NCBI GenBank assembly: GCA_035221665.1
Contig: CM069132.1
Location: 72,106,001 to 72,170,000 of the forward strand
Direction of reading: 5' to 3'
DNA from: Okamejei kenojei
Taxonomy: Eukaryota
DNA: 64,000 nt
In this document: positions 59,640 through 64,000 of the stretch, piece after piece
Position numbering within the stretch: position 1 is the stretch's first letter
How the letters are laid out: each line of letters starts with the position of its first letter
Made by a program: the position numbers and the translations under genes
The notes under the pieces: model-generated
Database searches by the model: none
Told to the model about the DNA's origin: nothing
What the model saw: only the letters and a program-made list of their open reading frames with translations

Positions 59640-62600
59640 AAGCGCTGATTGGCTGAAGCCCGTGGGGGGAGGTGAGTCAGAGGTGGAAAGTTTAAAACTG
59701 AGGAATTTGGTTTGTAAATTGGTAAATTAGGCAATTTAGCAGTCAATATTAGCAAGACTGCTCTAAGGGAGTGGCCTTGTGAGGGAAGTGCCTTGTGGGG
59801 GAAGTGCGAGTCTTCGGCGAGGAGGCTGAGGAGAGGAGACTACGCAAAAAGCTCGAGAGGACGGAACGCGATGAACACATGACAGGACAGATGAGACAGT
59901 GTGAGGCTTGCAGAATGTGGGAGCCCAGGGACATGGATGGAGCCTCTGGCTGCTACAACTGTGGCAAGTTAATAGTGGGGGGGAGGGATTGACGAATTGG
60001 GAGTATAAAGATGGAGTTGAAGGGGAAGTGACTACAGGAAAAATTACAAAAGATTCTCGAATTAATGGGAAGGAAAGTTCGAGAAGGGATAAAAGATTAA
60101 GATCAGGGTCAATTGTGAGCGGTGCAAGGGGGGAGGTGAATACCGAGGTCAAAGTGTTGTATATGAATGCGTGAAGTATAAGAAATAAAGTGGACGAGCT
60201 TGAGGCTCAGTTAGAAATTGGCAAATATGATGTTGTGGGAATTACTGAGACATGGCTGCAAGAGGTCCAGGGCTAGGAACTGAATATTCAAGGGTATACC
60301 TCCTATCGAAAAGACAGACAGGTGGGCAGAGGGGGTGGGGTTGCTCTGTTGGTGAGGAATGAAATTCAGTCCTTTGCAAGGGGTGACATTGAAACAGGAG
60401 ATGTGGAGTCAGTATGGAAAGAACTAAGGAATTGTAGGGGTAAAAATACCCTAATGAGACTTATCTACAGGCCCCCAAACAATAGCCTGGACATAGGATG
60501 CAAGTTGAATCAGGAGTTGATATGTAGCAAAAGTAATGCTGTAGTTGTTATGGGAGATGTCAACATGCAGGTAGACTGGGAAAATCAGGTTGGTACTGGA
60601 CCCCAAGAAAGGGACTTTGTAGAGTGCCTTTGTGATGTTTTTTTAGAGCAGCTTGTATTAGAGCCTACCAGGGAGAAGGGAATTCTGGATTTAGTGTTAC
60701 AGTATGTAATGAACTGGATTTGATAAAGAACCTCAAGGTTAATGAGCCATTAGGAAGTAGTGACCATAACATGGTCAGGTTTAATCTACAATTGGAGAGG
60801 GAGATGGGTAGATCTGAGGTGTCAGTGTTACAGTTGAATAAAGGGGACTATGGGGTCATGAGGGAGGAGCTGGCCAAAGTTAACTGGAAAGATACACTAG
60901 CAGGGATGACAGTGGAACAAAAATGGCAGGTATTTCTAGGAATAATACAGAAGGTGCAGGATCAGTTAATTCCTAGGAGGAAGAAAGATTCCAAGGGGAG
61001 TAAGGGGCGACCGTGGCTGACAAGGGACATCAGGGACAGTATAAAAATAAAAGAGAAGTACAACGTAGCAAAGATGAGCAGGAAGCAAGAGGATTGGGTA
61101 ATGTTTAAAGAGCAACAGAAGATAACTAAAAAGACAATACGGGGAGAAAAGATGAAGTTTGAAGGTAAGCTAGCCAAGAATATAAAGCAGGATAGTAAAA
61201 GCTTCTTTAGGTACGTGAAGAGAAAAAAAATTAGTTAAGACGAAAGTTGGACCCGTGAAGACCGAAAAAGATGAATTTATTATGGGGAACAAGGAAATGG
61301 CAGATGAGTTGAACAGGTACTTTGGATCTGTCTTCACAAAGGAGAACACAAACAATCTTCCGGATATAGTAGTGGCCAGAGGATCTGGGGTGACGGAGGA
61401 ACTGAAGGAAATCCACATTAGGCAGGAAATGGTGTTGGGTAGACTTAAGGCTGATAAATCCCCTGGGCCTGATGGTCTGTATCCCTGGGTACTTAAAGAA
61501 GTGGCTCTAGAAATTGTGGCTGCATTGGTAGTAATTTTCCAATGTTCTATAGACTAGGGATCAGTTCCCGTGGATTGGAGGGTAGCTAATGTTATCCCAC
61601 TTTTTAAGAAAGGCGGGAGAGAGAAAACAGGGAATTATAGACTAGTTAACCTGACATCAATGGTGGGGAAGATGCTGGAGACAATTATAAAAGATGAAAT
61701 AGCCGCACATTTGTATGAAGGATTGGTCCGAGTCAGCATGGATTTACGAAGAGGAAATCATGCTTGACTAATCTTCTGAATTTTTTGAAGATGTAACTAG
61801 GAAAATGGACAAGGGAGAGCCAGTGGATGTAGTGTACCTGGACTTTCAGAAAGCATTTGATAAGGTCCCACATAGGAGATTAGTGGGCAAAATTAGGGCA
61901 CATGGTATTGGGAGTGTTGACATGGATAGAAAATTGGTTGGCAGACAGGAAACAGAGAGTGGGGATTAACGGGATCCTTTCAGAATGGCAGGCAGTGACT
62001 AGTGGGGTACCGCAAGGCTCGGTGCTGGGACCGCGGCTATTTACAATATACATCAATGGTTTGGATGAAGAGATCCAAAGTAACATTAGCAAATTTACAG
62101 ATGACACAAAGCTGGGTGGCAGTGTGAACTGTGAGGAGGATGCTATGAGAATGCAGGGTGACTTGGACAGGTTGGGGGAGTGGGCGGATGTATGGCAGAT
62201 GACGTTTAATGTGCAGAAATGTGAGGTTATCCACTTTGGTAGCAAAAACAGGAAGGCAGATTACTATCTAAATGGCGTCAAGTTGGGAAAAGGGTAAGTG
62301 CAGCTGGATCTGGGGGTCCTTGTTCATCAGTCTATGAAAGTAAGCGTGCAGGTACAGCAGGCAGTGAAGATACCAAAAGAATGGCATGTTGGCCTTTATA
62401 ACAAGTGGAGTCGAGTATAGGAGCAAAGAGGTCCTTCTGCAGTTGTACAGAACCCTAGTGAGACCACACCTGGAGTATTGTGTGCAGTTTTGGTCCCCAA
62501 ATTTGACGAAGGACATTCTTGCTATTGAGGGAGTGCAGCGTAGGTTTACAAGGTTAATTCCCGGGATGGCGGGACTGTTATAAGCTGAGAGAATGACGCA

Positions 62601-63008
62601 GCTGGGCTTGTACACTCTGGAGTTTAGAAGGATGAGAGGGGATCTTATTGAAACATATAAGATTGTTAAAGGTTTGGACACGCTGGAGGCAGGAAACATG
62701 TTCCCAATGTTGGGGGAGTCCAGAACTAGGGTCCACAGTTTAAGAATAAGGGGTAAGCTATTTAGAACAGAGATGAGGAAACACTTTTTCTCACAGAGGC
62801 TGCAAATTCTCTGCCTCAGAGGGTGGTGGGGGCAGGTTCTCTGGATGGTTTCAAGAGAGCTGGATAGGGCTCTTAAAGATAGCGGAGTCAGGGGATATGG
62901 GGAAAAGACAGGAATGGGGTACTGATTGGGGATGGTCAGCCATGATTACATTGAATGGCGGTGCTGGCTCAAAGGGCCGAATGGCTTACTCCTGCACCTA
63001 TTGTCTAT
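59640..63008 (+). mobile_element. Near full-length CR1: 5' region, truncated ORF1 zinc finger and frameshifted ORF2
   Basis: QCEACRMWE...YNCGK (ORF1 CxxC pair) at ~59890-59970. ORF2 pieces run from YMNA (60160) through [19 protein letters not shown] and FTDDTK to the 3' UTR with a ctattgt tail. Confidence 0.9.
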
Positions 63009-63019
63009 ATAATATTTCA

Positions 63020-63795
63020 AAGATTAGCAGAAGACTGGGAAGCTTTTAATAGCTGGCAGACTGGGAAGCTTTTAAAAGCCAACTGAAATAAACTAAAAAG
63101 AAAATAAGGTAAAACATGCAGATAGACTATTCAATTATTTTAAAGAGGATACCAAAAGTTTCTTCAGATACATAAAGAGTGAAAGGGAGGCAAGAATGGC
63201 CATTGGACCACTGGAAAATGAGACAAGACGTAGTAATGGATAAGTATTCACAGTGGAAGACACCAGCAATGTGCCAGAAATTCAAGTGTGTCAGGGGGCA
63301 GAAGTTAGTGGAGTTGCTATTACCAAGGAGAAAGTACTTGGGAAGCTGAAAGGTCTGACGGTGGATAAGTCACCTGGACCAGATGAACTACACCTCAGGG
63401 TTCTGAAAGAGGTAGCTTTAAAGATTGTGAAGGCATTGATGGTGATCTTTCATGAATCACTAGGGTCAGGAGTGGTCCCAGAGGATTGGGAAACTGCAAA
63501 TGTACTCTACTGTTCAAGAAGGGAGCAAAGCAAAAGAGGGTCTGAAGAAGGGTCTCAACATAAAACATCATCCATTCCTTCTCTCCAGAGATGCTGCCTG
63601 TCCCACTGAGTTACTCCAGCGTTTCGTGTTTATCTAGGGGAAATTAAATGCCGGTTAGCCGGACCTCCGTGGTTGGTAAGATTTTAGAGTTCATTATTAA
63701 GGGTGAGATTTCCGAGTACTGAGAAGCACATGATAAAATCGGCCAAAGTCAGCATGGTTTTGTGAAAGGGAGATCTTGCCTGACTAACCTGTTGC
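63020..63795 (+). mobile_element. CR1 ORF2 fragment with a nested Penelope-like repeat (~63537-63635)
   Basis: DKSPGPDELHLRVLKEVA...VVPEDWETANV, interrupted by gggtctgaagaagggtctc...ccagagatgctgcc. Confidence 0.75.
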
Positions 63796-64000
63796 AACAT
63801 TAAATTAATTCATTTTCAAAGATTCTAAAAGATTTTACCTTTGGAGTGAACATGTATTTGATTCCACTTATTGCTCCATGTAGCGTCACTCCTCGGATTA
63901 GATATATAAACAGCACTGCGTATGGAAAGCAGGCAGTCACATAGACAACCTGTACAAAGTAGTGCATTAAAACAGTCATTCGTCAATCATTTAGGAGTTA

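Overview
Repeat-dense vertebrate genomic DNA. The repeat complement (abundant CR1 LINEs with ctatgttt tails, V-SINE-like tRNA SINEs, Penelope-derived fragments) suggests a cartilaginous fish, probably a skate or ray (inference). Three spliced protein-coding genes can be read directly: the last coding exon of SACM1L (+, 2117-2253, in a frame the ORF track missed), the complete four-exon SNRPD1 gene (+, 7952-19224, 119 aa), and the last six coding exons of SLC6A20 (-, 58758 down to 30415; the 5' exons lie beyond the window). Almost all other ORFs are CR1, Rex-Babar or Tx1 fragments or their antisense shadows. One exception is a full-length IR-DR Tc1 element with an open 339-aa DD34E transposase. 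The most notable unannotated signals are: (i) a dispersed short repeat carrying a minimal hammerhead ribozyme core (CUGAAGA-A-stem II-GAAACGUH), inserted with long target-site duplications and sometimes as inverted pairs; (ii) a T-shaped ~410-nt foldback and a neighbouring G.U-rich hairpin in SNRPD1 intron 3; (iii) tandem non-autonomous Helitrons in intron 2; (iv) SNRPD1 lying between SACM1L and SLC6A20. All calls were made by eye; repeat boundaries are approximate.
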